Of a stretch of DNA of 38,012 bases, positions 1 to 9,540 are shown one piece after another (the stretch's first letter is position 1; every line of letters starts with the position of its first letter). The notes below the pieces were generated by a model. That model did not search any database. It was not told where the DNA came from and saw only the letters and a list, made by a program, of their open reading frames with translations. The DNA comes from Candidatus Bathyarchaeota archaeon (GTDB lineage Archaea > Thermoproteota > Bathyarchaeia > Bathyarchaeales > Bathyarchaeaceae): assembly GCA_037386325.1 (NCBI GenBank), contig JARRMB010000003.1, forward strand, positions 1-38,012. Reading direction: 5' to 3'. The position numbers were made by a program, and so were the translations under genes.

Positions 1-1
1 T

Positions 2-1639
2 GTAAATTAGAAGAGCCACTCCGATTATTATTACTATTGCTCCAAGAATCCATGTTATCGGGATTCCATTGAAATCAGATTCTGCTCCTTCAGATATTGT
101 GAAATAAACTCTTTCTGATAAACCTGTAAATCCATCTAAATCTTGAGCATATACAATTATGTTATGTGTTCCCTCATCAAGTCCTGCAAGTATTGTATTT
201 CCAGTTATTGTGACGTTAGCGTTTCCATCTAAACTATATTTGACCCATGTTGTCGATTCACTAACAGAAAATTCTAAAGATACATCATTAGTTGAATACG
301 TTTTATTTTCTGGAGAATCAATAAATATTCCTGGAGCGCTTCCATAAGGAAGAAGTGGAAAATCATCTTTATTAGCTCCATAAAGAACATAGGGTGAATC
401 TCCTATGTTATCACTTCCTGTTTGGTTTTGATTAGGTCCACTTTTCACGTCAACACCTGTATAATCGCTCCAATAATTGCCTCCTACTTGATAGGATATA
501 GACCAAAAGTTAAGAGATGGTGTTATCGACGAGTTACCTAGGAAATAATCATATACCTGTTCTTCGTTTTCAACGAAATAGTTACTCCATATTCTATTGC
601 TTGAAGACCCTCTGAAACCTATACCCGTATCGTTATCTGTGATATTGTTTCCAGAAATAGCATTCTGTGAGGATTCAAAAAGAAACAGTCCACTTGTATT
701 ACGAGAAATATTATTTGAACTTACACTATTACTGTTTGAAGCATTAGCGAATTGAATTCCCCTGAAATTATCTATTATTTCATTGCTACTGACTAAATTT
801 CCGGAGGATCTAAAAAAGAGGATACCATTGAAGTTCTCACTGAGAACATTTTGCCCAATTGTAGAGCTTGATGTGTAAGCAAGTAATATCGCTTGTCCAT
901 TGTGTTTTAATTCTAGATCTCTAACTGTAATATTATTACATCCTACTAGACCAACAAATCCAGCATCGGGGTAAGTACTTGGACCAATTACTAAATTATT
1001 CTCTTCGACTAGGTAATAGACTCGTTTATTGTTAACCATATTTGAAGAATCAATATCATTTATAAAATGGGAAAGATCTGTTCCATAAATCCCAAAATTA
1101 TAGCTATTATTCAGCATATTATCTCTAAATATATTATCGGGTGCTGATCGTAATTCAATACCTATTTGATTACCAGTTACACTGTTTCCAGAAATAGTAT
1201 TTTGCGTAGAATTATATAGAAAAATACCATCACCATTGCCAACTATGCTATTGTCAATAACAGTTATCCCTGAAGATTCAGCTAGGTAGATACCATAATA
1301 AAAACTACCCAGAATATTCACATTCTTTACTGTTACACCGCTCATGAATGATAAATCGATACCTGCATCTCCTTGACCATATAAATTAAAACCGGCACCA
1401 TCAATAATGATGTTGCTTCGTAGAACTACCAAAGAAGTAACAATAATATCATCAGTAAAAGTGTAAGTATTTCCATCTCGTTGAATTGATACAGTTGCAT
1501 TTGTTGAAGAAATAACATTTCCATCACTTAAGATATATATGAGTTCAGGTTGTTCTTGTGATTGAACTCCTTGGATATTAATGGAAAAAAGTCCTACTAA
1601 ACATAAGAATATAAGAAAAACCACTTTAGTTATTTTCAT
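2..1639 (-). CDS. Secreted, membrane-anchored right-handed beta-helix (NosD/CASH-like) surface protein; 3' end runs off the window
   Basis: Absent from the ORF track; translated by hand from ATG 1639. Signal peptide MKITKVVFLIFLCLVGLFS, many GIxLxxSxxNxIxxNxI repeats, GGNYWSDY..D.IGDSPY motif, Ig-like segment (SPENKTY..YSLDG), C-terminal TM helix WILGAIVIIIGVALLIY. Confidence 0.85.
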   Translation of the reverse strand, partial: MKITKVVFLIFLCLVGLFSINIQGVQSQEQPELIYILSDGNVISSTNATVSIQRDGNTYTFTDDIIVTSLVVLRSNIIIDGAGFNLYGQGDAGIDLSFMSGVTVKNVNILGSFYYGIYLAESSGITVIDNSIVGNGDGIFLYNSTQNTISGNSVTGNQIGIELRSAPDNIFRDNMLNNSYNFGIYGTDLSHFINDIDSSNMVNNKRVYYLVEENNLVIGPSTYPDAGFVGLVGCNNITVRDLELKHNGQAILLAYTSSSTIGQNVLSENFNGILFFRSSGNLVSSNEIIDNFRGIQFANASNSNSVSSNNISRNTSGLFLFESSQNAISGNNITDNDTGIGFRGSSSNRIWSNYFVENEEQVYDYFLGNSSITPSLNFWSISYQVGGNYWSDYTGVDVKSGPNQNQTGSDNIGDSPYVLYGANKDDFPLLPYGSAPGIFIDSPENKTYSTNDVSLEFSVSESTTWVKYSLDGNANVTITGNTILAGLDEGTHNIIVYAQDLDGFTGLSERVYFTISEGAESDFNGIPITWILGAIVIIIGVALLIY

Positions 1640-1849
1640 GCCTTTATCTTTCTCCTATTAATTATATCTCTTAATTTGTATCAACCTTACATTAAAGCAA
1701 TGTTTTTAAGGTTTGTTACATTTGTGATCAAACTCGTTATTTTTTTGATATAAAAAACTTTTTCAAAATTAAACCAAACTAATTTATTTTTACCTTCTTC
1801 TAACAATCTTCTAGATATAAACGATAAAATGAATTTGAGATGTTAGCAA

Positions 1850-2839
1850 TTGAGTTTAGCAAAGGAACTTGGGGAAAGAAAAATTATACAATTAATTATT
1901 AATTGTCTGGACAAAATGCCGAATATGCCCATACCTTTTGGTGATGATTCTGCGGCTATAGATTTAGGAGATGAAAAAGTCATAGTGATAAATACTGATA
2001 TGCTTGTTGGAAAGACTGATGTTCCTAAAAATATGACTCTTTGGCAAGCAGCCCGCAAAGCCGTAATAATGAATATCAGTGATTTGGCAGCAAAAGGTAT
2101 TCAACCGTTAGCTATCTTAGCTTCAATAGGAATCTCTCCAAATCTGACAAGAGCAGAGATCAATCAGATTGGAAATGGGCTTAATTCGGGAGCTCGTGAA
2201 TATGATTCCTATATTATCGGAGGTGATACAAACGAAGCTTCCGACCTAATAATCAATTGTGTTGCAATTGGAACTGGAGATAAACGTTTTTTTATTAAAA
2301 GAAGTGGAGCAAAATCTGGTGATTATGTTGCTGTAACGGGTTTATTTGGTAAAACTTCTGCTGGCTTGAAAATTCTTATGAATAATTTTTCAGCTCCAAA
2401 AATAAAAGAACATCTCATTAAATCAGTTCTTATGCCCAAAGCAAGGGTTAAAGAAGGAATAGCATTATCTCAATCTCAAGCTACAACTGCATCAATAGAC
2501 GTTAGTGATGGATTAGCTTGGAGTCTTCACGAACTTTCTTTAGCCAGCAATGTTGGTTTTAATATTGATTTTATACCAATAGCTCCAGAGGTAGAAACTT
2601 TTGCGAATATTCACCATTTAGATCCTATCAGCTTAGCATTATACGGAGGAGAAGAGTACGAACTTCTTGTGACTATCAAACCAAATTTATGGATTAAAGC
2701 TGTCGACGTTATAGAAGCTGTTGGAGGTTCTCTGATAAAAATTGGAGTAGTGACAAAAAACAAACAAATTTTATTTAAGTCAGATGAAAAAACAACCCCA
2801 ATAGAATTTCGTGGTTGGGAACACTTTAAGACTGACTAG
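1850..2839 (+). CDS. thiL: Thiamine-monophosphate kinase
   Basis: LGERKII, GDDSA, NISDLAAKG, GGDTN, IDVSDGL, GGEEYELL and C-terminal GWEHF motifs; TTG start. Confidence 0.93.
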   Translation: MSLAKELGERKIIQLIINCLDKMPNMPIPFGDDSAAIDLGDEKVIVINTDMLVGKTDVPKNMTLWQAARKAVIMNISDLAAKGIQPLAILASIGISPNLTRAEINQIGNGLNSGAREYDSYIIGGDTNEASDLIINCVAIGTGDKRFFIKRSGAKSGDYVAVTGLFGKTSAGLKILMNNFSAPKIKEHLIKSVLMPKARVKEGIALSQSQATTASIDVSDGLAWSLHELSLASNVGFNIDFIPIAPEVETFANIHHLDPISLALYGGEEYELLVTIKPNLWIKAVDVIEAVGGSLIKIGVVTKNKQILFKSDEKTTPIEFRGWEHFKTD

Positions 2840-2868
2840 TTTAACAATGAATACAGAGAAGTATAACA

Positions 2869-3966
2869 ATGATAAGCTCTTGTGACTCTGGTAGTTTACC
2901 ATTTAATGGTGACGTTTCTAAGTTTCTTGACGGGGCAAAAGATTTTGGCAACCAAACTAATGATAATTCTGCTGATTATTTTAAAAAAATTGTTATTGAA
3001 AGTTTTCTAGATAAAATTCGGGTTGGGCTTGATTTACCTAATTACCCTCAATTTAGAGACATGAGTCAAATGATTCTTGATATGATGGATGGTTTAGAAA
3101 AACTCAGAGAAGGATACATTGAAGCATCAGCTCTCAATTTAAAGCCTAATAATACTTTACCTGAAATTGCAGTTTTAGAAAAAAATTCTAAATTAATTGA
3201 AGAAGAAGCCGGAAAACCATTTGAAGTTAGAGTTTGTATCACGGGACCATACACATTAGCTTCATTTTTTCCTTATAGAAACGAAGAAATTTTCAAAAGA
3301 CTTGGATTGGTTATATCCCAAATACTGGAAAAAAGTCTCTTTTTTAATAGATATGGTAAAACAGTTTTAGTTTCAATAGATGAACCATTGTTTGGTCTGA
3401 TGGATGATCCCTTAATCGATTTTGGCTCAGACGGAAGAGAGAATCTTCGAAAATCTTGGGAAGCAATTTTTTACACGGCAAAATCAAAGAATATCAAAAC
3501 AATGATTCATTTACACAGTACTGCAAATCCACTGTTCTGGGAAATTTCAAATTTAGATATTATCGATTCGCATGTTAATGATCCTTTGATTCAGATGAAA
3601 AAAACACGTGAACTTCTAGAATCAGAAGACAAATTCCTTAAAGCTAGTTTAGCGATAAACGATTTTGATTTATTAATAAAGAAAAAAATTGTGTCAAGTT
3701 CAAAAGAAAAGATTATTGAATCAGAGATAAACCAAGAAATTGCGAATACTTGGAGTTTTATACAAAAAGGAAAAATTGATCCAATACAATTTTTAGAAAC
3801 TTCAAAAATAATGGAAAAACGTTTATTTGAAATAATTGGACGGTTTGGGCCAGAAAGAGTTCAATACAGTGGACCCGAATGCGGATTAAAAGGATACCCC
3901 ACATACGAAACTGCATTAGAATGCTTAAGAAGAATATCAACAACAACTAAGAATTTAAAAAAATGA
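2869..3966 (+). CDS. Single-barrel MetE/UROD-superfamily protein (core methionine-synthase-like)
   Basis: GSLP, ITGPYTLA, IDEP, IHLHS and GPECGL motifs; 365 aa, with no second (folate-binding) barrel. Confidence 0.65.
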   Translation: MISSCDSGSLPFNGDVSKFLDGAKDFGNQTNDNSADYFKKIVIESFLDKIRVGLDLPNYPQFRDMSQMILDMMDGLEKLREGYIEASALNLKPNNTLPEIAVLEKNSKLIEEEAGKPFEVRVCITGPYTLASFFPYRNEEIFKRLGLVISQILEKSLFFNRYGKTVLVSIDEPLFGLMDDPLIDFGSDGRENLRKSWEAIFYTAKSKNIKTMIHLHSTANPLFWEISNLDIIDSHVNDPLIQMKKTRELLESEDKFLKASLAINDFDLLIKKKIVSSSKEKIIESEINQEIANTWSFIQKGKIDPIQFLETSKIMEKRLFEIIGRFGPERVQYSGPECGLKGYPTYETALECLRRISTTTKNLKK

Positions 3967-3971
3967 TTTAC

Positions 3972-4520
3972 CTATTTTTTAGCTTTTTCAATTATTGATA
4001 ATATGAAAAGAAGTTTGCTAATTATTCTGTAAGTTAATCCCCATATTACCCTATTTTGTATTAAGTAACATGGATATTCCATAGAATTGTATTTGATCGT
4101 TCCCTTTTGTTTTAAAAGTTCCTCCAAAGGAACCCAGAAGAATCCAATCAGCTCTTCATTTAGTTTAATAAGTTGATCTTTATTTTGAATGAAAAAGAAT
4201 GGAAGAATTCTCATTTCTGGTTTCTGAGTAGACCTAAAAGGCTCCATTACTCCAAGAAATTGACATTCCTTACGAAGATTAATACTTGTTTCTTCTAGAG
4301 TTTCCCTTATGACTGTTTCCATATTATCTTTATCTTCATGATCACGTTTTCCTCCAGGAAGTCCAGTTTGTCCGGACCAAGGATCAGAAGATTTTTCTGC
4401 TCTATTAACAAACAAAACATGAATCTTCTTATCTTTTCTTTTCAGAAGAACGACAACTGCAGCTTCAGCCTCTAAATTATCAATTTTATGAATCAGTTTT
4501 TTAGATAATTCAGAGAGCAT
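3972..4520 (-). CDS. Nudix hydrolase, CoA pyrophosphatase-like
   Basis: AAVVVLL, PWSGQTGLPGGK..RETLEET Nudix box, IWGLTYRI. Confidence 0.88.
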   Translation of the reverse strand: MLSELSKKLIHKIDNLEAEAAVVVLLKRKDKKIHVLFVNRAEKSSDPWSGQTGLPGGKRDHEDKDNMETVIRETLEETSINLRKECQFLGVMEPFRSTQKPEMRILPFFFIQNKDQLIKLNEELIGFFWVPLEELLKQKGTIKYNSMEYPCYLIQNRVIWGLTYRIISKLLFILSIIEKAKK

Positions 4521-4571
4521 TTTTGGATTCCTAAAAATATAGAATTGACCTGATTAATAAAAAATGGTCAT

Positions 4572-4982
4572 CTAAACTTTAAGTAATTCTCTTATTTTCA
4601 AAATTGTTTTTTTATCTACTTCTAAATCTAACTTATCAATATTTTTTTCCCAGAAAATGTCTTCTGCATCTTTACAAATAGGATTTCCTTCATATTCAGT
4701 TACTAAATAACAAAAGGCATGTTGTCTCTCACCATTACTTGCAACATAAAAATTTTTACACACAAACTTAATTTCTTTAATGTCGATATCTAATTCTTCT
4801 TTCATCTCTCGTTTTAGTGCATCTTCTTTATTTTCATTTGGTTTAATATGTCCCGCAGGTAAACATACAATTCCAGGGTCTATTTTTTCATTAGACCTTC
4901 GACGTTCAACCAAGAATTTGTTTCCATTAAAAATTATTCCAACTACAACTCCTACAGTTTTCATTTTATTATCCTCTAGCAT
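4572..4982 (-). CDS. Nudix hydrolase (MutT-like)
   Basis: LPAGHIKPNENKEDALKREMKEELDI Nudix box; may start at the second Met (MKTV). Confidence 0.85.
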   Translation of the reverse strand: MLEDNKMKTVGVVVGIIFNGNKFLVERRRSNEKIDPGIVCLPAGHIKPNENKEDALKREMKEELDIDIKEIKFVCKNFYVASNGERQHAFCYLVTEYEGNPICKDAEDIFWEKNIDKLDLEVDKKTILKIRELLKV

Positions 4983-5192
4983 TTTTTTAGAGTTTAAATA
5001 TAAAATCTGAATTTGAAATTTATTACTTACGTTCTTATTTCAATCAATTTAGTATTCAGTGTACCTTTATTAATTCCCATGAGTATTTTTGTGTTATAAA
5101 ATTGCTTTGTCTTGCAGTTTGCGTGTAACTGCTTTGATTTTCGCAAAAAGTCAGACATTATCAGCGATTTGTATCCCAGGAATTGAAAGTAC

Positions 5193-5717
5193 ATGAATAC
5201 TTTACGTGAAGAAATAATAAAACGTTCACCTAAAGTATTTTCTAATTTTGCACTTGCGTTACTTTTTTGGTTGATTCGTTTTGTTGTTTTAGTGGTTCTA
5301 GATTCTATAACTGCTGAGTTTGTATTTTTATTGCAGATGGGACTGTTGATTGTTACTGGAATTTTTTTAGTACAAGGGTCTTTTAATGGTTTAATTATTG
5401 TTGATCGTTTAATAGGTTCTTTTTTGAGACGTTTTGGAATTAATGAAGATTGGTCAAAACAAAGAATATTTAAAGATACGGTGTGCATAGTAGCAATTCT
5501 TTTGATAGCTGCAGCAGTATTTCCATTGTTGAATGGATTGTCAAATTTTGAACCAATTTTACAACAAATAATAACATACACTGCTTTAGGCTTGATTTTA
5601 TTGTTTGTTTTTGATATAGGTAGAAGTTTTTATAGACTAACTGAAGATAAAGCAAACTCGGTTGTTGACCGATTATCAAATTCAATTATTAATGAGGAAA
5701 AAGTGAATGGAAAATAG
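5193..5717 (+). CDS. Hypothetical membrane protein, about 4 TM helices
   Basis: Four hydrophobic segments; overlaps the start of the downstream radical SAM gene. Confidence 0.7.
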   Translation: MNTLREEIIKRSPKVFSNFALALLFWLIRFVVLVVLDSITAEFVFLLQMGLLIVTGIFLVQGSFNGLIIVDRLIGSFLRRFGINEDWSKQRIFKDTVCIVAILLIAAAVFPLLNGLSNFEPILQQIITYTALGLILLFVFDIGRSFYRLTEDKANSVVDRLSNSIINEEKVNGK

Positions 5718-6828
5718 TATATGTACAATTGAACAGCTTAAAAACTTCATTGATTTATCTCTAAATGAAGAAAAAATAATTAAGCAAATCATCCAACGTC
5801 ATCCGATGCGTGTAACTCCTTATTATTTATCTTTGATAGATTGGGATGATCCTGATGATCCAATAAGAAAGATGGCTATTCCTTCTTTACAGGAATTAAA
5901 CCTTCAAGGTTCTTATGACACAAGTGGTGAAGCTGAGAATACCAAAATGTCTGGGCTTCAATACAAATACGAAGAAACAGCTTTGATTTTGGCTACGAAT
6001 AAATGTGCAATGTATTGTAGACATTGTTTTAGAAAAAGATTAGTAGGTTTACAAACGACAGAGATAATTAAGCGTTTTGAAGATGCTGCAGATTTTATAA
6101 AACAGAATAAAAAAATTAATAATGTTTTAATTTCTGGGGGGGATCCCCTTGTACTCAAAAATGAAGTTATAGAAAAAATTCTTTCAATTATTTCTGAATT
6201 ATCTCAAATAAAATTCATAAGATTTGGGAGTAGGGCTCCTGTTACATTTCCATCAAGATTTGAAGATGATGAATTATTACAAATTATGTCAGCATATTCA
6301 CATCCAGATAGACGAATATATGTTATAACTCAATTTAATCATCCGCGAGAGATAACACCCGATTCTATTAAAGCTGTAAATAACCTGATAAAATCTGGTG
6401 TTGTTTTAAATAACCAAACAGTTTTGTTAAAAGGTGTTAATGATAATTCTTTAATATTAGCTGATTTATTGGATAAACTTGTTAGTATAGGTGTAAATCC
6501 GTACTACATTTTTCACTGTAGACCCGTAAAAAGAGTTAAACACAATTTTCAATTGCCCCTTTTGAGGGGAATAGAGATTGTTGAGAATGCCAAAAAACTT
6601 TGTAACGGACATAGTAAAAGATTCAAATACATTCTTTCCCACAGAACTGGCAAAATTGAAATTCTAGGAATATTTAATGATGAAATTTATTTCAAGTATC
6701 ATCAAGCAAAAAATAGGAAAAAATTAGGTAAAATCTTCACACGACCTATAGCTAAAAAGATTGGTTGGTTAGAGGACCTGCGAACCTACCCCGTTAATAC
6801 ATTGGACGCTGTCAGTCATCTTTCATAA
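5707..6828 (+). CDS. KamA-family radical SAM aminomutase (lysine 2,3-aminomutase-like)
   Basis: TPYYLSLIDWDDPDDPIR, CAMYCRHCFRKR (CxxxCxxC), LISGGDPL, QFNHPRE, NQTVLLKGVND, PYY. Confidence 0.9.
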   Translation: MENSICTIEQLKNFIDLSLNEEKIIKQIIQRHPMRVTPYYLSLIDWDDPDDPIRKMAIPSLQELNLQGSYDTSGEAENTKMSGLQYKYEETALILATNKCAMYCRHCFRKRLVGLQTTEIIKRFEDAADFIKQNKKINNVLISGGDPLVLKNEVIEKILSIISELSQIKFIRFGSRAPVTFPSRFEDDELLQIMSAYSHPDRRIYVITQFNHPREITPDSIKAVNNLIKSGVVLNNQTVLLKGVNDNSLILADLLDKLVSIGVNPYYIFHCRPVKRVKHNFQLPLLRGIEIVENAKKLCNGHSKRFKYILSHRTGKIEILGIFNDEIYFKYHQAKNRKKLGKIFTRPIAKKIGWLEDLRTYPVNTLDAVSHLS

Positions 6829-7166
6829 TATTCATCTTCTGTTATGGAAAATAATTCCAAAGCTTTTACTGGTCCACTTACAACCTCAGCAGTATGACTT
6901 TTCTTTGCAGGAACAAATAAACAATCTTTCTCTTTAAGAATTATTTCTTGATCTTCAAATAAAAATTTGATTTTCCCTTCTAATACAACAACCAAATGTT
7001 CAACTGGATGTATATGAATAGGAATATTTGCTTCTCGAGTTTTAATTTCGAAATAGTTAAGTGTTAATTCTTTTCCTTTAATTATTCTTACTAAAACGTC
7101 ATTAAAAATCTCTTTAGCTAGTAAGGATTCGAGTTGAAACTGAAACTTTGACACTCTCCACTTCAA
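6816..7166 (-). CDS. Cupin-domain protein
   Basis: PIHIHPVEHLVVVLEG and VPAKKSH cupin motifs. Confidence 0.82.
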   Translation of the reverse strand: MKWRVSKFQFQLESLLAKEIFNDVLVRIIKGKELTLNYFEIKTREANIPIHIHPVEHLVVVLEGKIKFLFEDQEIILKEKDCLFVPAKKSHTAEVVSGPVKALELFSITEDEYYER

Positions 7167-7320
7167 TTAACATTTTAATTATCAAGATAAAATCATGAAT
7201 TTATGTAATTATTGTTTTCATTTTAAGACAATTGAATTATTGCTAACCTTTGAGAAAGGTTTATCTTGTTTAAGATATGCTTTCCCATACAAAACGGATA
7301 ATCTGACGAAAGTGACAGTA

Positions 7321-8259
7321 ATGATTTATGATAACTGCAATCGTCCTGTTCTGAATTTACGGGTTTCTGTTATCCAAAAATGCGATAAACATTGTCCTTA
7401 TTGTCACAGAGAAGGAGAAAATGCACCTATCGAACTAATGACTGTACCCGAAATTATTCGAATTATCAGAGTAGCGGTAAGTTTGGGAATAAATCGCGTT
7501 AAATTAACCGGTGGAGAACCTCTTCTTCGCAATAATATAGTAAAAATTGTAGAAGGGATAGCTAAACTGAAGGGTTTAAATGACCTTTCTATGACAACAA
7601 ACGGAACACATCTGAAAAATTTAGCAAAAGATCTAAAAAAATCTGGATTAAATAGAGTAAATGTGAGTTTACCAACATTAAATCCTTTAACCTACAATGA
7701 AATTATGGGTGGGAATCTTCAGGATGCTCTTGATGGAATTAATGCTGCCGTTGCTGTCGGGATGAATCCAGTTAAATTAAATATGTTAGTGTTAAAAAAC
7801 ATAAATGATAATGAAATAGATCAAATGATCAAGTTTGCTACAAAAACACGTACAATTTTGCAATTAATTGAATTGGAACCCATTAATCTTAGCAATAATT
7901 ACTACCAGAACCATCATATCGAATTAGATAAAATAGAGAATAACTTAAAGAGATTAGCATTGGAGACAAAAGTAAGAAAATTTATGCAAAAAAGACGAGT
8001 TTATAAATTGCAGGGAGTAAAAATTGAATTAATCCGTCCTATAGAGAACACTGAGTTTTGTGGCAATTGTACACGTCTCAGGATAACTAGTGATGGAAAA
8101 ATAAAACCCTGTCTTATGCGATCTGATAATTTAGTGGATCTATTATCATCGATGCGAAAAGGGGCTGATGATGAACTGTTAAAAAAACTCTTCATGGAAG
8201 CAATTAAGAGACGAGAACCCTTTTACAAAGTAAAGTTAAGTTCCAAAATTTCTAATTAA
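7321..8259 (+). CDS. moaA: GTP 3',8-cyclase (molybdopterin biosynthesis)
   Basis: LRVSV..CDKHCPYCHREG, LTGGEPLLR, SMTTNG, FCGNCTRLRITSDGKIKPCL. Start moved to ATG 7321 (MIYDNCNRP). Confidence 0.93.
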   Translation: MIYDNCNRPVLNLRVSVIQKCDKHCPYCHREGENAPIELMTVPEIIRIIRVAVSLGINRVKLTGGEPLLRNNIVKIVEGIAKLKGLNDLSMTTNGTHLKNLAKDLKKSGLNRVNVSLPTLNPLTYNEIMGGNLQDALDGINAAVAVGMNPVKLNMLVLKNINDNEIDQMIKFATKTRTILQLIELEPINLSNNYYQNHHIELDKIENNLKRLALETKVRKFMQKRRVYKLQGVKIELIRPIENTEFCGNCTRLRITSDGKIKPCLMRSDNLVDLLSSMRKGADDELLKKLFMEAIKRREPFYKVKLSSKISN

Positions 8260-8345
8260 TTGAATTTTGCTCTATTGATTCCGAAAGCCTTTAGAATGTT
8301 TTTCTTTTAAACAATCTATATACAGAACAATTGGTGATTTGTAAT

Positions 8346-9521
8346 TTGATTTCAGAAGAAGCTTCGACTTCCCCTTCGCATTCAAATAAATGGAGTTATA
8401 TTCTTGGAGTGATCATCATCATTCTTATTGTTAATACTGGATTTTTTGCGGTTGCTTTTTTGAACCTTCAGAATCAACTCGAAGATATGGAAAATAATTT
8501 AACAGAAAATAATAATGAGATTAAGTCATTAAAGAATCAGCTTGAAGTTTTTGATGTAGTCAACCAAACAGGAATGATTCCTTGGCCTACAATTTACAAT
8601 CAATTTAAGGATTCAGTTGTGCTCATCGAAACAAATCTTGGTTTAGGTTCGGGTTTCGTTTATGACTTAAATGGACATATAATAACCAATCAACATGTAA
8701 TTGATGAAGCAGATTCTATCCAGGTCACATTTTTAGATGGAAATATTACATCAGCAGATTTAGTTGGAATGGATATCTATAGTGATTTGGCCGTAATTAA
8801 GGTAGATCCACAAGTTACAAATTTGTTTCCTGTGGTTCTTGGTAAATCTTCTGATTTATCTGTTGGTGAACCTGTAGCTGCTATGGGAAATCCCTTCGGT
8901 TTAAGTGACACTTTGACTGTTGGTATCGTATCTTCACTTGAAAGAACTTTAACTGCTGAAGGAAATTACGCAATAATCGACATTATTCAGTTAGATGCGG
9001 CCATAAATCCTGGAAATTCAGGTGGTCCACTAGTAAATCTAAGTGGCCAAGTTGTGGGTATAAACTCAGCTATCCAATCAGAAACAGGTACATTTACAGG
9101 TATAGGTTTTGCAATTCCTTCTGATACTATTAAAAGGGAAATTGACGATCTCATTGAAACAGGGGGTTATAAACATCCTTGGTTGGGTATTTCAGCATTA
9201 GGAATGAATATCCCACTTGCTGAGGCGATCGGTTTGGATAAACCTCAAGGTATTCTTGTTACTGATGTGATCTCTGGGAGTCCAGCAGATTTAGCTGGAT
9301 TGGAAGGGAGTGATGAAACCCAAATTATAGAAGGAGTTGAATATCCCATAGGAGGAGATGTTATTATAGAAATTGATGAAATTCCCGTAATAACTATGGA
9401 TGATCTAGTAGTCTATATGGAAAGAAATACTGTTCCAGGAAATACTGTTTCATTAACAATAATAAGAGAAGGACAAGAACAAAGTCTAGATGTAACTTTG
9501 GGAGAGAGACCCTTACCTTAA
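8346..9521 (+). CDS. htrA: Membrane-anchored HtrA/DegP serine protease with PDZ domain
   Basis: N-terminal TM helix and coiled coil; GSGF, TNQHV, DLAV, INPGNSGG, PWLGI. TTG 8346 follows a GGTGA RBS; 8331 is an alternative start. Confidence 0.9.
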   Translation: MISEEASTSPSHSNKWSYILGVIIIILIVNTGFFAVAFLNLQNQLEDMENNLTENNNEIKSLKNQLEVFDVVNQTGMIPWPTIYNQFKDSVVLIETNLGLGSGFVYDLNGHIITNQHVIDEADSIQVTFLDGNITSADLVGMDIYSDLAVIKVDPQVTNLFPVVLGKSSDLSVGEPVAAMGNPFGLSDTLTVGIVSSLERTLTAEGNYAIIDIIQLDAAINPGNSGGPLVNLSGQVVGINSAIQSETGTFTGIGFAIPSDTIKREIDDLIETGGYKHPWLGISALGMNIPLAEAIGLDKPQGILVTDVISGSPADLAGLEGSDETQIIEGVEYPIGGDVIIEIDEIPVITMDDLVVYMERNTVPGNTVSLTIIREGQEQSLDVTLGERPLP

Positions 9522-9540
9522 CTTGCTCTATCATTTCATA

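Noticed and set aside
1640-1849. TPP riboswitch upstream of thiL
   Set aside because: The conserved aptamer core could not be found; the region is very AT-rich.
7195-7320. N-terminal extension of MoaA
   Set aside because: Family similarity begins at MIYD (7321); the upstream part looks like the divergent promoter region.
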